Shown one piece after another: positions 39,601 through 51,041 of a DNA stretch of 64,000 nucleotides. The notes beneath the pieces are model-generated. The model was not told where the DNA came from, ran no database searches, and saw only the letters and a program-made list of their open reading frames with translations. This DNA comes from Nitrospirota bacterium. GTDB lineage: Bacteria > Nitrospirota > Nitrospiria > Nitrospirales > Nitrospiraceae. Position 1 is the stretch's first letter. Each line of letters opens with the position of its first letter. A program made the position numbers and the translations under genes. Where the stretch lies: assembly GCA_963703955.1 (NCBI GenBank), contig CAVPGK010000016.1:1-64000 (forward strand), written 5' to 3'.

Positions 39601-40395
39601 CTAATCGATCCGTGGCGGATTGGGAATATCTTTGAAGATCAGATGAGCGAGTTGCCTGCCCAATGTCAGGCGTTCGGGGAGGGTGGGAGCGGTCAACGCG
39701 CGCTCCAGCAGTTCTCCGACAGGGGCATCTCGTGTGATGACGAATCGCAGCATATCGGCTGGGGCTGTGAGCCAGTATCCATTCAGGCGAAAGAAGGCCC
39801 GTAACAGGTCATCAACGCACAGATTGAGCAGATACTGAGCGGTTGACGGCTGGTGGATGAGATCTTCCGCCTTGCCCAACCGATGGAAACAATCGGCTTT
39901 CAAGTGAATCCTTTCATTCATCCCGGCTGGCGTCGGGCCTTGCCGGAAGCGCTGCCCGGCCTTTTCCACCAATGTGGACCCAACCGCCTCGTAGTCGAAC
40001 AGCACTCGACCCTTCCGCAGGAGCGGGGCCAGGCGAAGCGCGTGAGGCATTTCTTGCTCGACCACCTTGTGACTGCGATATCGGATGTCGAGGGATCGAT
40101 TGGAGATCCGGATGATTTCTTCGCCCTCATCCTGGCCCTTCACCAGGACGATGAGGTTAAGATCGCTGTGGAGGGTCAACCTGCGGCGCGAACCGGACCC
40201 CACCAGGATGACCGCGAGAAGGTCGGCTCCACGTCTGCCGCGGACGTATTTCAAAGCTTCTGACAGAACCTCTTCCGTGCCCGGGGATTCAAACGGCTCG
40301 GGCTGAGGCAGCGGTTCGGGAATCGCCACCAGTTCTGCCTGCAATTCTTCCCGAGTCGGCAACTCACGGAGAGTGTCATCGGAAGGTCCGTTCAT
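39601..40395 (-). CDS. Hypothetical protein with Pol-beta-like nucleotidyltransferase fold
   Basis: ILVGSGSR...SDLNLIVL (GS...DxD-like, second Asp replaced by Asn) plus helical C-terminus. Confidence 0.6.
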   Translation of the reverse strand: MNGPSDDTLRELPTREELQAELVAIPEPLPQPEPFESPGTEEVLSEALKYVRGRRGADLLAVILVGSGSRRRLTLHSDLNLIVLVKGQDEGEEIIRISNRSLDIRYRSHKVVEQEMPHALRLAPLLRKGRVLFDYEAVGSTLVEKAGQRFRQGPTPAGMNERIHLKADCFHRLGKAEDLIHQPSTAQYLLNLCVDDLLRAFFRLNGYWLTAPADMLRFVITRDAPVGELLERALTAPTLPERLTLGRQLAHLIFKDIPNPPRID

Positions 40396-40424
40396 GATCG
40401 GTAACCTGCAGCCGGAACGCTGCG

Positions 40425-40643
40425 TCATTTCACAGCGCGGATCTGTGCCTCGAGTGAGGTCAACCATTGATCAAAGGGAACACCAGCATCGACGACAATT
40501 TCAAGTTTCCCGTTCGGCAGCTTCCGCACGACTCCGGGATGCTCCGCCGAAAGGGGAATTTCGACCCATTCCCTCGAGAGTCCTAATCGGTCCGTCACTT
40601 CGAGAATCGCCGAAATCTGTTTGAATGATACCATCTGGATCAT
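40425..40643 (-). CDS. Small hypothetical protein
   Basis: 72 aa, SD GGAC/GAG, co-oriented in the ltaE to nucleotidyltransferase run. Confidence 0.7.
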   Translation of the reverse strand: MIQMVSFKQISAILEVTDRLGLSREWVEIPLSAEHPGVVRKLPNGKLEIVVDAGVPFDQWLTSLEAQIRAVK

Positions 40644-40740
40644 GTCATGCGCTCGTCCGCCGAGTGCGGTCCTCTCGCCCATGAAAATAGCGAGCCGCAT
40701 TCTAAAGGGCGCTCGCGGCTCCGTCAATCTCCGCCTTTGC

Positions 40741-41769
40741 TCACGAGGACAGCACGGATGTGAAAATCTCTCCGGCTCGATCAATATCCGAAGCGTTCAC
40801 GTCCAGATGCGTGACCGCCCGAAAGGTCCTTGCCCCCACTGCGTTGATCAGAACACCCTTGTTCCTCAGCTCCGCGAGAATCTCGCTAACGGAACGGCGG
40901 CTGTCCATCACCTCGAACAGCACAATGTTGGTTTCCACATGAGTAAGGTTCACGGACACGGTCGGAATCTTTTGAAGCATTCGGGCCAAGCGGTGGGCAT
41001 GCTCATGGTCCTCTTTGAGTCGCGGGATATGATGCGCAAGCGCGTAGATACCGGCGGCGGCGAGAATGCCCGCCTGCCGCATGCCTCCTCCGTACATGCG
41101 CCGCAACGGCCTCAACTTTTCAATCGTGGCTCGGGTGGCCGTGATCACCGACCCGACCGGCGCGCCAAGCCCCTTCGATAGACAGAATGACACGGTGTCA
41201 AAGTATTGCGCGAATTCGGCGGCCGACACGCCGGTCGCCGTTACAGCGTTGAAAAGCCGGGCGCCGTCCAAGTGCATTGGGATCCCGTAGGCGCGAGCAA
41301 TGTCGTGGATCCGTTCAATGGTCGCGAGCGGATAGACGGAGCCGCCTCCGCTGTTATGAGTGTTCTCAAGACAGATCAGCGCGGTGGACAGGCTGTAGGG
41401 GTCTCTCGGACGAATCGCTGCCTCAACCTGCTCCGGGGTGACAATGCCTCGTTCTCCGCTAATCCCATGCAGCTGCACACCGGCAAGCGCGGCCGCGGCC
41501 CCGTGCTCATAGCGGACGATGTGAGCACGGCTCTCCACGATGACTTCATCGCCCGGGCACGTCTGTACGCGGATGGACAGTTGGTTGGCCATGATGCCGG
41601 TCGGCACGAAGAGGGCCGCTTCCTTGCCGACCAGGGCCGCCGCCATCTCCTGCAGGCGATTGACGGAGGGATCTTCACCGTACACGTCATCTCCCAGAGG
41701 AGCGTGCGCGATCGCATCGCGCATGGCGGCCGTGGGCTTGGTAACGGTATCGCTTCTGAGATCAATCAT
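40741..41769 (-). CDS. ltaE: Low-specificity L-threonine aldolase
   Basis: [51 protein letters not shown]. Confidence 0.97.
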   Translation of the reverse strand: MIDLRSDTVTKPTAAMRDAIAHAPLGDDVYGEDPSVNRLQEMAAALVGKEAALFVPTGIMANQLSIRVQTCPGDEVIVESRAHIVRYEHGAAAALAGVQLHGISGERGIVTPEQVEAAIRPRDPYSLSTALICLENTHNSGGGSVYPLATIERIHDIARAYGIPMHLDGARLFNAVTATGVSAAEFAQYFDTVSFCLSKGLGAPVGSVITATRATIEKLRPLRRMYGGGMRQAGILAAAGIYALAHHIPRLKEDHEHAHRLARMLQKIPTVSVNLTHVETNIVLFEVMDSRRSVSEILAELRNKGVLINAVGARTFRAVTHLDVNASDIDRAGEIFTSVLSS

Positions 41770-43013
41770 CGGCCGCTCTCGGTCATTCGTGGGTCTTCGA
41801 ACTTGTAACATTGCCAGCTCAAGACTGGGAAGATGGAGAAAATCGGCGTGTTAAACGGGACCATTGCGGACGTCACGTCGGGAAGAAGGCGCAGGTGCAT
41901 ATTGACGAAGTTGAAGCTGAGCCCTTCTTGCCAGGAACGCGTTCCGACGTGCGCATAGGCATGGACCTTTTCTGTCGCGTAAGTTCTCGTCAACAGTCCG
42001 GCCGCCCCTTCAAGTCCGTACTCATGCAGATCCGGCGCCCCCTGAATCAGGAGCGAGACGACCGCGGGATCAAACCACACTTTAAAATTGCACGCGATCT
42101 GAATATACGGCCCCAATGAATTGGCGCCGTCGAGAACGGCGCGGGCCAGCCCGATTTCCGGTGGAACATCCTCCGGCACTGTTCGCTCAACAGTTCCCAG
42201 TTCCCGTTCCTTCACCGGCGAGACCGACACAAACAGGAGATGAGGGTTGTCCATAGAAATATCGAGCACCGTATCGTCATAAAAACTGCAGAGCTTTCCC
42301 ATTTCATAGCGTAAGGGAAACGAATATCCCATCTTGGCGTACCAGATGCGGAGCGCACCCTCCAGCGGGTCGTCCGGAGTGCGGCTGAGTTTCAAATCGA
42401 ACGGCAGCATGAGATGGAACGCCCCGGTCCGCGCGCTCATGAACGGAGCGCACGCGCCCGCAAATTCCTTGTGCACAGTGGCATTCTCCGGCTCAAACCT
42501 TCGCGTGGGCCCCGAAAAATTCTGGGCGACCTTCGCATCTTTCGTGAGTCGAAATTTGTTCTGATAATAGGCAGCCGCTCGCTTTTGCGCCGTCTGCAGG
42601 AAATAGTCGGGGAGGTCGGTTTCGACGATGATGCGCTGCTTGTCAAAAGATGGCGGACCGGCTGATGAGCGGGTGGTGCGCATCGCGTCGTTGTAGAGGT
42701 CCCATTCGGCGGATGTTTTCTGTATTTCCTGCCTCAGATGTCGAGCAAGATCCGGGTCGGCATGCTGTGTGCGCTGAAGGATCTGCGCCGCCTTCTGCAA
42801 ACATTCGAGCTTGTGGTTGTAGCGCTTAGGTTCCTCGGCGAAGGCATCAGCCGTTGCCATGAACAGGTTGAATTGCTCCTCCGGAGTGAGTCCGAGTTGG
42901 TCGAGATCGTGCTCCTTCAAAAAGGTCATGGCCAACGGGCCGAAGGCCTCGGCCTTCCTGATACAGAGAGTCATTAAATAGTTGAACTGCGCGCGGGCAT
43001 CAACCGGCGTCAT
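41766..43013 (-). CDS. Hypothetical protein (about 415 aa)
   Basis: Long ORF with host-like codon use, overlapping the ltaE start by 4 bp. Confidence 0.75.
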   Translation of the reverse strand: MTPVDARAQFNYLMTLCIRKAEAFGPLAMTFLKEHDLDQLGLTPEEQFNLFMATADAFAEEPKRYNHKLECLQKAAQILQRTQHADPDLARHLRQEIQKTSAEWDLYNDAMRTTRSSAGPPSFDKQRIIVETDLPDYFLQTAQKRAAAYYQNKFRLTKDAKVAQNFSGPTRRFEPENATVHKEFAGACAPFMSARTGAFHLMLPFDLKLSRTPDDPLEGALRIWYAKMGYSFPLRYEMGKLCSFYDDTVLDISMDNPHLLFVSVSPVKERELGTVERTVPEDVPPEIGLARAVLDGANSLGPYIQIACNFKVWFDPAVVSLLIQGAPDLHEYGLEGAAGLLTRTYATEKVHAYAHVGTRSWQEGLSFNFVNMHLRLLPDVTSAMVPFNTPIFSIFPVLSWQCYKFEDPRMTESGR

Positions 43014-43213
43014 GCCGGGCATTCTAAGGGAATGTGGTAAGCAGAACAAGCGAAGGGTTGCCAGGTGGAAATCAGCTGCGCGTGAGTGACCGACCTGTCT
43101 GAGGGGTGTTCTTCTTCAACAAGACCAAGGTCTTAAGACCTGTGATGAATGGTGGGGATCGCCGAAAAGAGTTATAGGTGTGTCGATGACGTGATCAGAG
43201 TGGGACCGAGTGA

Positions 43214-43435
43214 ATGGAGGATCGCATGAAAGCCGACCGAGAAATAGTCGAACTGCTTCGGGATGTCCGGGACTTGATCCAAGTCCTCGTCATGCGGGAC
43301 CGCGCGGGTCCGATGGTCGACCTCACCAACACCTCGGAGCGGCATAGCCGCTCATGGTCGCTCTTGGCCCACCGCGAGTCCCTTCAGTTAGAAGAGGAAT
43401 CGGACGATTCGCCGCTCGGGCAGTGTGGTTCGTAA
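43214..43435 (+). CDS. Small hypothetical protein
   Basis: 73-aa ORF; GGAGG SD before the internal ATG at 43226. Confidence 0.45.
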   Translation: MEDRMKADREIVELLRDVRDLIQVLVMRDRAGPMVDLTNTSERHSRSWSLLAHRESLQLEEESDDSPLGQCGS

Positions 43436-43499
43436 GTCAGGTATCTTGCTTCTCCCCTGCGTCTCCATCTGACTCGTGCTGTTCCGACTTCCCTCGAAG

Positions 43500-43895
43500 C
43501 GCAGAGGGCTAACAGGCAAGTCGGCTTCTCAGCTCCGAAGGGATGATCAATGATCAGCCGCCACGTGTCGTTCGACTGTCGGCGAATCACTTCGGCGCCC
43601 CGATGAGACATCTTTACAGATTTGCCATCGTCGCCTGTCCCGGTTAGAGTCCACTTCATCGTAACAAGGCGATGTCGTCCGTCTTGACTACGCTCTCTGT
43701 TTCCACCTTCAGGATCGGCTTCAGCGCGAGGAAGTTCTGCAGTCCGTCTCTCATGGCCTGTCCGGTGACGGCCGATCCTCCCGGTCGTGGAATCAGTTTG
43801 GCTGTAGATTCATACAGCGCCATCATCGAATCGAGATCTCCGACCGAGAACGCCTGGGCATACACCTGGTGAAAGTCTTCGGGATGACGGACCAT
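43500..43895 (-). pseudogene. DUF4440/SnoaL-like (YybH) protein with a 1-nt frameshift near 43657
   Basis: AF..GDLDSMMALYE..A...DIALLR / KWTLTG...AEVIRRQ...WRLIIDHPFG. Confidence 0.8.
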
Positions 43896-44002
43896 CTATG
43901 GGTTTCCTTATGTTGCGTTGGTGATTATCGCATCGGTGGAGTAAAATCGGACGAGCAGTTCCATGATGCGCCGATGCCGGGCCCTCAACGCTCCATCGAA
44001 AA

Positions 44003-45229
44003 CTAATCCCCTTTCGGGTTCCATTCGTGGTCGGCTTCGACGGCTGAAGTAAGGCGGTCGAAGATGTCGGGGACAGCTGCAGCGACACGGCTCCAATTGG
44101 AGATCATGGGAATACCGAGAGGATCCTTCAGAAAAACCTCCGTCGCCAGACTGATACCCTTGAGAAAGACTTCCACGGCCGTTCGCTCCTGGTGGCGATC
44201 GAACTTCAGACTATTGATGGCGGCATCATCTTCATACTTCTTGATCGCTTCCTGAGCGATTTGCAGGTACGTCGCGCGGAGCGTTTTCAAAATCCCTTCC
44301 GACAAAATCACGCCTTCGCTGGCCAAATTCCTAAACAAGGACTTGGCGATGTCCACGCACATCTTATGCAGGCCGGCGTTCGGATCGTCCGCCGACAAGA
44401 CCTGATGCTTGTGCTCGTAGTTGTCGGTGAGATCGGCCTGGCACACCCGACGTAGGGCGCAGTTCCGATAGACCTCGGCTAAGACTCCAACCTCCAGCCC
44501 CCAATCCCCAGGGATTCGATTGGTCCAAGCGAGATCGGTCACCATGGCGAATTCTCCCGCCAGCGGGTATCGGAAACTATTGAAGAAAGCCAGCATGGGA
44601 TGATAGCCGACCAAACGCTGGAGGCTGCTGATCAAAGGGGTGATGAAGAGGCGGGTGACCCGACCGTGTAGACGATCAGTCACTCTGGCGTAATAGCCTT
44701 TGCAAAACTCATAGCCCAAATTGGGATTGGCAACCGGATAACAGAGCCGCGCCAAATACGCGCGGTTATAACTCAGGATATCGCAATCGTGTAGGACGAT
44801 CACCTTGCTGTCCCGCCTCGCCAGGACATAACCAAAGGCGATCCAGCAGGATTGTCCCTTGCCCGGCAAGCCGACATCGATTTCCTGGCTGATCAGGAGC
44901 TTCATGATCTCCTGAATGCGCGGTCCGTCTACCCAGACGAGCCGTACATCCTGCGGCAACACCTTGAAGTATTCTTTCGCCCGGCGGAACTCCAAGGCGG
45001 ATGAGGTCCCCAATGCAATGATGATCTCATTGAGGTACGTCACCTGTTTAAGGTGCTCCACGATGCCGCTGAGCGCCGGGCCTTCCAACTCGGAATAGAG
45101 GCACGGTAAGACAAGCGCGATCGGGTTGCTCGCGGCATGTTCGCCGAGCTCTTTTTCTAGATGATCGAGGTTCGGCTGCCCGAGCCGGTGCAAGGTGGCA
45201 ATCGAACTGGTTTGATAAAAGTCTGCCAT
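44003..45229 (-). CDS. gpgS: Glucosyl-3-phosphoglycerate synthase-like glycosyltransferase
   Basis: MADFYQ, LVLPCLYSEL, GKG..W, LHDCDI, FCKGYY.R, YPLAGEF, DWGLEVG, YEHKHQ. Confidence 0.85.
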   Translation of the reverse strand: MADFYQTSSIATLHRLGQPNLDHLEKELGEHAASNPIALVLPCLYSELEGPALSGIVEHLKQVTYLNEIIIALGTSSALEFRRAKEYFKVLPQDVRLVWVDGPRIQEIMKLLISQEIDVGLPGKGQSCWIAFGYVLARRDSKVIVLHDCDILSYNRAYLARLCYPVANPNLGYEFCKGYYARVTDRLHGRVTRLFITPLISSLQRLVGYHPMLAFFNSFRYPLAGEFAMVTDLAWTNRIPGDWGLEVGVLAEVYRNCALRRVCQADLTDNYEHKHQVLSADDPNAGLHKMCVDIAKSLFRNLASEGVILSEGILKTLRATYLQIAQEAIKKYEDDAAINSLKFDRHQERTAVEVFLKGISLATEVFLKDPLGIPMISNWSRVAAAVPDIFDRLTSAVEADHEWNPKGD

Positions 45230-45405
45230 GAGATGACCAAGGGTGCTGTCGCAAAGCAGCGACGCCGGAAGAATGCACCAGGTTCAAACAAGAATCAAGC
45301 CCATACCCTCATCTAAGTACCAATATCTGTTATTGTAGTGATTCATGTTTCTTGTGATATCCTACAGCGCATTTAGATTCAGACCACGGTGCCTTTGAGG
45401 ATTGA

Positions 45406-46059
45406 ATGCTGGTTCGAATCATGCTCGGTTTGGTGGCGATGTTTATGGCCGGATGCGCTCTGGAGCGCGAGCCTTCCAGGACGCCTCGGACGGCTATTGA
45501 GGAACTCATGCTGACTCAGGCGATAACGCGCAGCATGAAGGATCTCACCATCCCGCTGGAGCGCGGGACATCGCTGGCCGTGGAGGTATCGGGATTTCTC
45601 CCGGACCGAGCGTTTGTTGAAGGCGGAGGGATCACTAGCCTTATTCAAGGAGCACAGACGAATCGTAACGTCTACGCGTCTGGATCGGAGTTGCCCATGG
45701 TCCTGAGTTTGTTCCAAGGCCGCCTGGGAGAGCTGGGATTCTTGATTCAAAATCGTCGAGAGGACGCCAAGTATCTCGTGCGGGTCCTCGTGCACGCCTT
45801 GGGCACGGAGCAAGGAGAAACGTTCTTCGGGATGCCGGCGGTCCAAAGCGTCGTGATCCCGTTTGCCTTGCCGGCAATCAGCATTTTCAGGCTCCAGAAC
45901 CAGAAGGCGCATATGCGCTACACCATGAATATCTTTGACGCCGCCACCGGTCGCCTGGTTCGTTCGACACCCTGGTATTGGGGGTCGGCCTACTATGACC
46001 AGTACACCGTGCTCATTTTTTTCTTCTGGAGGCTGATGGATCTTACTCTGCCTCCATGA
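45406..46059 (+). CDS. Putative lipoprotein
   Basis: Lipobox MAGC; RTAIEELML. Confidence 0.75.
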   Translation: MLVRIMLGLVAMFMAGCALEREPSRTPRTAIEELMLTQAITRSMKDLTIPLERGTSLAVEVSGFLPDRAFVEGGGITSLIQGAQTNRNVYASGSELPMVLSLFQGRLGELGFLIQNRREDAKYLVRVLVHALGTEQGETFFGMPAVQSVVIPFALPAISIFRLQNQKAHMRYTMNIFDAATGRLVRSTPWYWGSAYYDQYTVLIFFFWRLMDLTLPP

Positions 46060-46342
46060 GCTCCCGTAAGCCACCCGCTAAGCCTTGCTTGGCTCTTCAC
46101 CTTGCCGACCATTGCTGGACTTGCAGGACAGCCCCACGGGGAAGAGGCTGTAGCGGGTTTTCTCTTGCTCTTCCCAAACGGAAATGGCGGGGAGATCGCA
46201 ACCGAAGCCTTTATTTTTGCGTCCGCCACGAGCTTGAGTGAACCGGCGTCGGGGTCGCTCCCTGTCGTTCCTGGATTCCGGCGAAAGGATTTTGTAAGAT
46301 GCTGTTGGATGCCGTCGCCGTTGACTGCTGTTGGGAGGGGGA

Positions 46343-49300
46343 GTGACCGGTCGTTCCAGGACGTGGATCCTTGTTCTTCTCGCCATCGTTCTGATCAGCG
46401 CAGCCATTATTGCGTTCCCATTTCTGTATGATCCGGACTCCGTCAAAGCGTTTGTCCTTAAGCAGGTCGAAGCACAGGTCGGTCGCCAGATCGAAGTCGG
46501 AGAGGCACGCCTCGAGCTCTTTCCACGCATCCGGCTGACTCTTTCGCAAGTCGTCATTCGAGACACCGATCCCGCGCAGCTTTTTTTTACCGCACAACGT
46601 GTTGATCTGGTCTTGAAGGCCTATTCGCTCCTCTTACGTCATCAAGTCGTCGGCAAGCGATTGACCATCGACGAGCCTCGTCTGGAATTCAGGCGCGATC
46701 GGTCCGGGCACTGGAATGTCGTCGCCGCGTCGAGCGTCCAACCGTCCACCGAGGACGGCGTGGGAAATCCACTCGGTCTGCTCATGTTGGTTCGCCAGAC
46801 CCGCCTAAGGCAGGGGCACCTGCACGTGGTGGATGAGTTCCGCCCGGACGGGGAGCGCTCCTTCGATGTCAGCGAATTGGATGCCAAGGTGGTCGTCGCG
46901 CCCAATGCCGCGCATGCGGATGTCACTCTCGCGGGGAGAATTCCCGACTCCCCTAAGGAGTCGACCTTTTCCTTGACCGGTCGAGTCAAACCGCATACTC
47001 CTGCCGCAAAAATGGCGGTGGAGGACATCGGTCGGGCGGATCCATCCCTGCAGTTTGAAGGCACCGTTGAGGTGAGCCAAGCGGACATCCGACAAATTGC
47101 GGACTTCTTCGGACCGCGACCGATTCCGGAACGGGTTCATGGGTCGATCGATCTTCAAGGCCACATGAGCTTTGCTCCCGGCATGGTGGGTTACGACATG
47201 GTCCTGTCCAAGATGAAAGCCGGAATCGAAGGCCTTGATATCGCCGGTCAAGCCAGTTTGTCCGGCTTGATGGGAGCGCATCCGACCGTCGCACTAACTT
47301 TTTCATCGTCGCCGGTGACGTTGGATGAGCTGTTGACTCGGTTTCCAGTCCAGTGGCTTCATCCCCATTTACAACAGGTGGTGACGGAGCAGCAGATCGG
47401 AGGAACCATAGAGGTCGTAACGGCAACGGTCACCGGGTCGGCCACACCAGAGCATCGTCTTTCATTGACCGGGGAACTTCGCGTGAAACAGGGCCGCGCT
47501 CTGATTGGTCATGACCGGACGCCGGCCAAGGATTTATCAGGCGGGATCTTCATCGAGCCCGATCGCCTCAGGGTCGTCGAGCTCAGTGGAACCTATGGAA
47601 CGATGCGCATCACCGGCGGAAAAGCGCTCGTTTCGTCATTGGAGACGGATCCTGGGTTGGAGCTGGATGTCAGCGGTGAAATGCCCGCAGCCGCGCTCAT
47701 CGCGACCCTGACCAAGAGCGTGACAGCGCCTCGTCTTTCTAAGGCTTTGGCGGGTCTCCATGACATCAAGGGAGACTCGTTGGTATCCTTGCGCATGGCG
47801 GGCTCGGTCAATACACCCGACGCCATCAAGATTTCGAGCGCGGAGGTGATGGCTCAAGACGTATGGTTTCGAAGTCCGCTGTTGACTGAACGGGTCGTCG
47901 ATTTGAACGGGCGCCTGATCTACACCAAGACGGGGGTTCAATTCGACAGGATGGCGGGTCGTATCGGGCGCAGTCAATTTGAAGTGCATGGCGCGTTGAC
48001 CACCGGCAATCCGGTTGCCTATCAGGATTTGACCGTTCGAGCGCGGGCGGATGTGTCTCAGTTTCTGCGCCTCCTCCCGTTCCAGCTGCCTTCCACTGTG
48101 AACCTGGAAGGCATGGCTGGACTCGCTATGACATTGTCGGGTCCACTCGAGACCCCGCGCATGAAGGGCCTTCTCGAATTGAGAGAAACCTCCCTGTCGA
48201 TTCCTGAGATGCTGCAGAAGCCGGCCGGAACATCGACCTCCATAGAATTCGAAGGGGACCTCTCTCGGACTTCCGTATTAACTGTGGAACGGCTCGAACT
48301 GGTCTTGCCACCGTTTCGCCTGGCGGGAAAAGGGCGCATTCGCTTGGGCGGCTCCAACAACCTGGACATCACCTTTGTGTCAGGGCCCGTTTCTATTTCC
48401 GGGCTGCCTCAAGGAATGACGACGGGGCCCGTCAAAGACGGGATTGTTGAAGTCTCACTGGACATCCGAGGCAGGGCGGACGACTGGAAAACATGGCAGA
48501 TGAATGGCTGGGTCGCGGTCACGGATGGAATGATCGAGCCGCCTCGCCTCGATTATCCCATTGCGAATCTGTACTTGCGCCTCAAGGTGGTTCAAAACGG
48601 CGCGGAGATCAAGCGGCTAGCGTTCAAGATCAAAGACAGCGATGTGCGGCTCTCGGGCGAGATCAAGAACTGGAACCTGACGCCGTCCATCGATGTGGAA
48701 GTCGAATCGGCCCAGCTCGATTTGGACCTACTGGTCCCGAAAGGCGCACGGTCGCCGGTGCGTGATTTCCTCGAGACCTTGGCGGAAACGTCGCGAGTGG
48801 TCGCCATGGTGACCATCGATCGTGGGACCTACAAGTCGCTGACGTTTACGGATCTCTCATGGCGACTCGTCGCAAAGGACGGCATGCTGGACATCGATCG
48901 CATTAGTGGTGATACGGAGGATGGGCAGGTCTCCGGGCGCTTGGTGTTCCATTTGCCGAGACAGAAACCGGCGGAGGCCAACGCCTCCGTACGTTTCTCG
49001 GGCATTCCGTTCGAACGGCTGTGGCAGCTCATGGGGGATGAGGCGCATCTGATAACCGGCTCGCTGTCTGGCAGCGGAACCATCAAGGGCAACGACAGAG
49101 ATCCGCTCGGCATCTTGCACAGCCTCGACGTCCGAATGGAACTCGTCGTCGAGCAAGGACGTGTCCGGAGGGGAACCATCTTGCCGAAGATCGTCACGAT
49201 CCTGAATCTCCCAACGTTGCTGCAAGGAAAGGTTGACCTGGCCAAAGAGGGGTTTCCATTCGACAAGTTCATAGGATCGTTTTCCATGATGAATGGGGTC

Positions 49301-49708
49301 CTCACGGAAGACAATCTGATTATGGATAGCCCGATTATGAAAATGAGCGCCGCAGGCAATTATGAAGTGTTGGATGATCGCTTGGACGCCGTAGCGGTCG
49401 TGAGTCCTCTGGGGTCGTATTCCCAGTTCTTAAAGAGCATTCCTCTGTTCGGAAAAGTGTTCGCTGGCGAACGACAGGGCATCGATACCGCGCTGTTCGA
49501 AGTCAAAGGATCGTTCAAAGATCCTGACGTTAAGTATCTGCCCATGCGCTCATTTGCCACAGGCCTGAGCGGGTTGGCACAACTCGCCTTCGACATGTTG
49601 AAGAACACCATCATGCTGCCGAAGGAGTTGATCGTCCCCAGCAATGAGGTCAAACGAACCTCGGAACAACCCAATCATTCCGAACGATCCGATCAGCACT
49701 CGCCTTGA
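46343..49708 (+). CDS. AsmA-like (YhdP/DUF3971) protein
   Basis: N-terminal TM anchor, repeated beta-rich segments, AsmA_2-like C-terminus (FEVKGSFKDPDV). Confidence 0.85.
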   Translation: MTGRSRTWILVLLAIVLISAAIIAFPFLYDPDSVKAFVLKQVEAQVGRQIEVGEARLELFPRIRLTLSQVVIRDTDPAQLFFTAQRVDLVLKAYSLLLRHQVVGKRLTIDEPRLEFRRDRSGHWNVVAASSVQPSTEDGVGNPLGLLMLVRQTRLRQGHLHVVDEFRPDGERSFDVSELDAKVVVAPNAAHADVTLAGRIPDSPKESTFSLTGRVKPHTPAAKMAVEDIGRADPSLQFEGTVEVSQADIRQIADFFGPRPIPERVHGSIDLQGHMSFAPGMVGYDMVLSKMKAGIEGLDIAGQASLSGLMGAHPTVALTFSSSPVTLDELLTRFPVQWLHPHLQQVVTEQQIGGTIEVVTATVTGSATPEHRLSLTGELRVKQGRALIGHDRTPAKDLSGGIFIEPDRLRVVELSGTYGTMRITGGKALVSSLETDPGLELDVSGEMPAAALIATLTKSVTAPRLSKALAGLHDIKGDSLVSLRMAGSVNTPDAIKISSAEVMAQDVWFRSPLLTERVVDLNGRLIYTKTGVQFDRMAGRIGRSQFEVHGALTTGNPVAYQDLTVRARADVSQFLRLLPFQLPSTVNLEGMAGLAMTLSGPLETPRMKGLLELRETSLSIPEMLQKPAGTSTSIEFEGDLSRTSVLTVERLELVLPPFRLAGKGRIRLGGSNNLDITFVSGPVSISGLPQGMTTGPVKDGIVEVSLDIRGRADDWKTWQMNGWVAVTDGMIEPPRLDYPIANLYLRLKVVQNGAEIKRLAFKIKDSDVRLSGEIKNWNLTPSIDVEVESAQLDLDLLVPKGARSPVRDFLETLAETSRVVAMVTIDRGTYKSLTFTDLSWRLVAKDGMLDIDRISGDTEDGQVSGRLVFHLPRQKPAEANASVRFSGIPFERLWQLMGDEAHLITGSLSGSGTIKGNDRDPLGILHSLDVRMELVVEQGRVRRGTILPKIVTILNLPTLLQGKVDLAKEGFPFDKFIGSFSMMNGVLTEDNLIMDSPIMKMSAAGNYEVLDDRLDAVAVVSPLGSYSQFLKSIPLFGKVFAGERQGIDTALFEVKGSFKDPDVKYLPMRSFATGLSGLAQLAFDMLKNTIMLPKELIVPSNEVKRTSEQPNHSERSDQHSP

Positions 49709-49806
49709 ACCTCTCCTTCCTGCATGATAGCATCACTCAGAGCCCGTGCGGCGTGATCACGTCAGAAACGACACACCGTTGCCTCGAGTCATTGTGGGAG
49801 GTTTCT

Positions 49807-50937
49807 ATGACCACCGGCCGTGCGACGCTGATTATTGCCGCGAGTGAATCGGACTCCAATCTGTACTACGCTACCCGGTTTATCGCCCCGGACCCCTTTA
49901 TCTATCTAGAAATCAACGGCGAGCGACTCATGGTCATGAGTGATCTGGAGATAGATCGCGCCCGTAGCCAGGCGACGGTGGAGAAAGTGCTGTCCTACAG
50001 CGAGGTCGAACGACGCCTGCGCGCGCAAGGTGTCTCTGACCCGGGTACGATCGACGTGGTGCACGGGGTCCTTCAATCCGCTGGAGTGACGTGTCTTCTG
50101 GTTCCGGGGACCTTTCCGTACGCCTACGCCGCCCGCTTGCAGGAGCTCGGCTATCAACTTGAGACGAAGAAAGAGCCGTTTTTCGAAGCCCGTGTCGTCA
50201 AGACCGAGGACGAAGTCCGGTACATCGAAGACGCTCAACGCGCGACGGAAGAGGCGGTGGCGGCGGCTCATGCAGCGCTCCGTGCCGCCTCGCTCCGAGA
50301 CGGCCTCTTGTGGCTGGACGGAGAGCCTTTAACGTCCGAACGGATCAAGAAAGTTATCAACGTGAAACTGATGGAGCGGGATTGCATAGCACAGCACACG
50401 ATCGTGGCCGGTGGAGATCAAGCCTGTGACCCGCACAACGAAGGCAGCGGCCCACTGCCCCAGGATCGCAGCATCATCTTCGATGTTTTCCCGCGGTCAG
50501 GTCGTACGCGATATTTTGCGGATATGTCGAGGACTGTGGTGCGAGGACGGCCGTCTCCTGAACTGAGACGGTTGTATCAGACGGTCAAGGACGCACAGGA
50601 AGAGGCCATCACCAAAGTGCGTGATGGCGCGGACGGTGGGAAGATTCACCGCGGAATCTGCGAGCGGTTCGAGGGCGCAGGATACCAGACCGGTGTGGTA
50701 AACGGCCGCATGCAAGGCTATTTTCACGGTACCGGCCATGGCGTCGGTCTGGACATTCACGAGGCTCCTCGTATCAACCGCACCGGCTCTCTCTTGCTGG
50801 CAGGCCACATCGTCACGGTCGAGCCCGGACTCTATTATCCGGGATTGGGCGCCGTCCGGATCGAGGACATGGTCCTCGTTACACGTGATGGCTGCCGGAA
50901 TTTGACGAATTTTCCGAAGACGTTTGAATTGGATTGA
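49807..50937 (+). CDS. Xaa-Pro peptidase (M24 family)
   Basis: DVFP..YFADMSRT, HGTGHGVGLDIHEAP, TVEPGLY, VRIED. Confidence 0.93.
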   Translation: MTTGRATLIIAASESDSNLYYATRFIAPDPFIYLEINGERLMVMSDLEIDRARSQATVEKVLSYSEVERRLRAQGVSDPGTIDVVHGVLQSAGVTCLLVPGTFPYAYAARLQELGYQLETKKEPFFEARVVKTEDEVRYIEDAQRATEEAVAAAHAALRAASLRDGLLWLDGEPLTSERIKKVINVKLMERDCIAQHTIVAGGDQACDPHNEGSGPLPQDRSIIFDVFPRSGRTRYFADMSRTVVRGRPSPELRRLYQTVKDAQEEAITKVRDGADGGKIHRGICERFEGAGYQTGVVNGRMQGYFHGTGHGVGLDIHEAPRINRTGSLLLAGHIVTVEPGLYYPGLGAVRIEDMVLVTRDGCRNLTNFPKTFELD

Positions 50938-51041
50938 GACAAGCACCATCAGCGAATCAGCCTTCAATGTCTCCCCCTTTCGTTCCGCACTCGATAGAGG
51001 AGAGGGGGGAAGCTGATGACTGGTGATGGCTGAAAGCCACG

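Noticed and set aside
43656..43658. Selenocysteine or readthrough TGA in the DUF4440 gene
   Set aside because: The downstream half is in a different frame, so this is an indel rather than an in-frame stop
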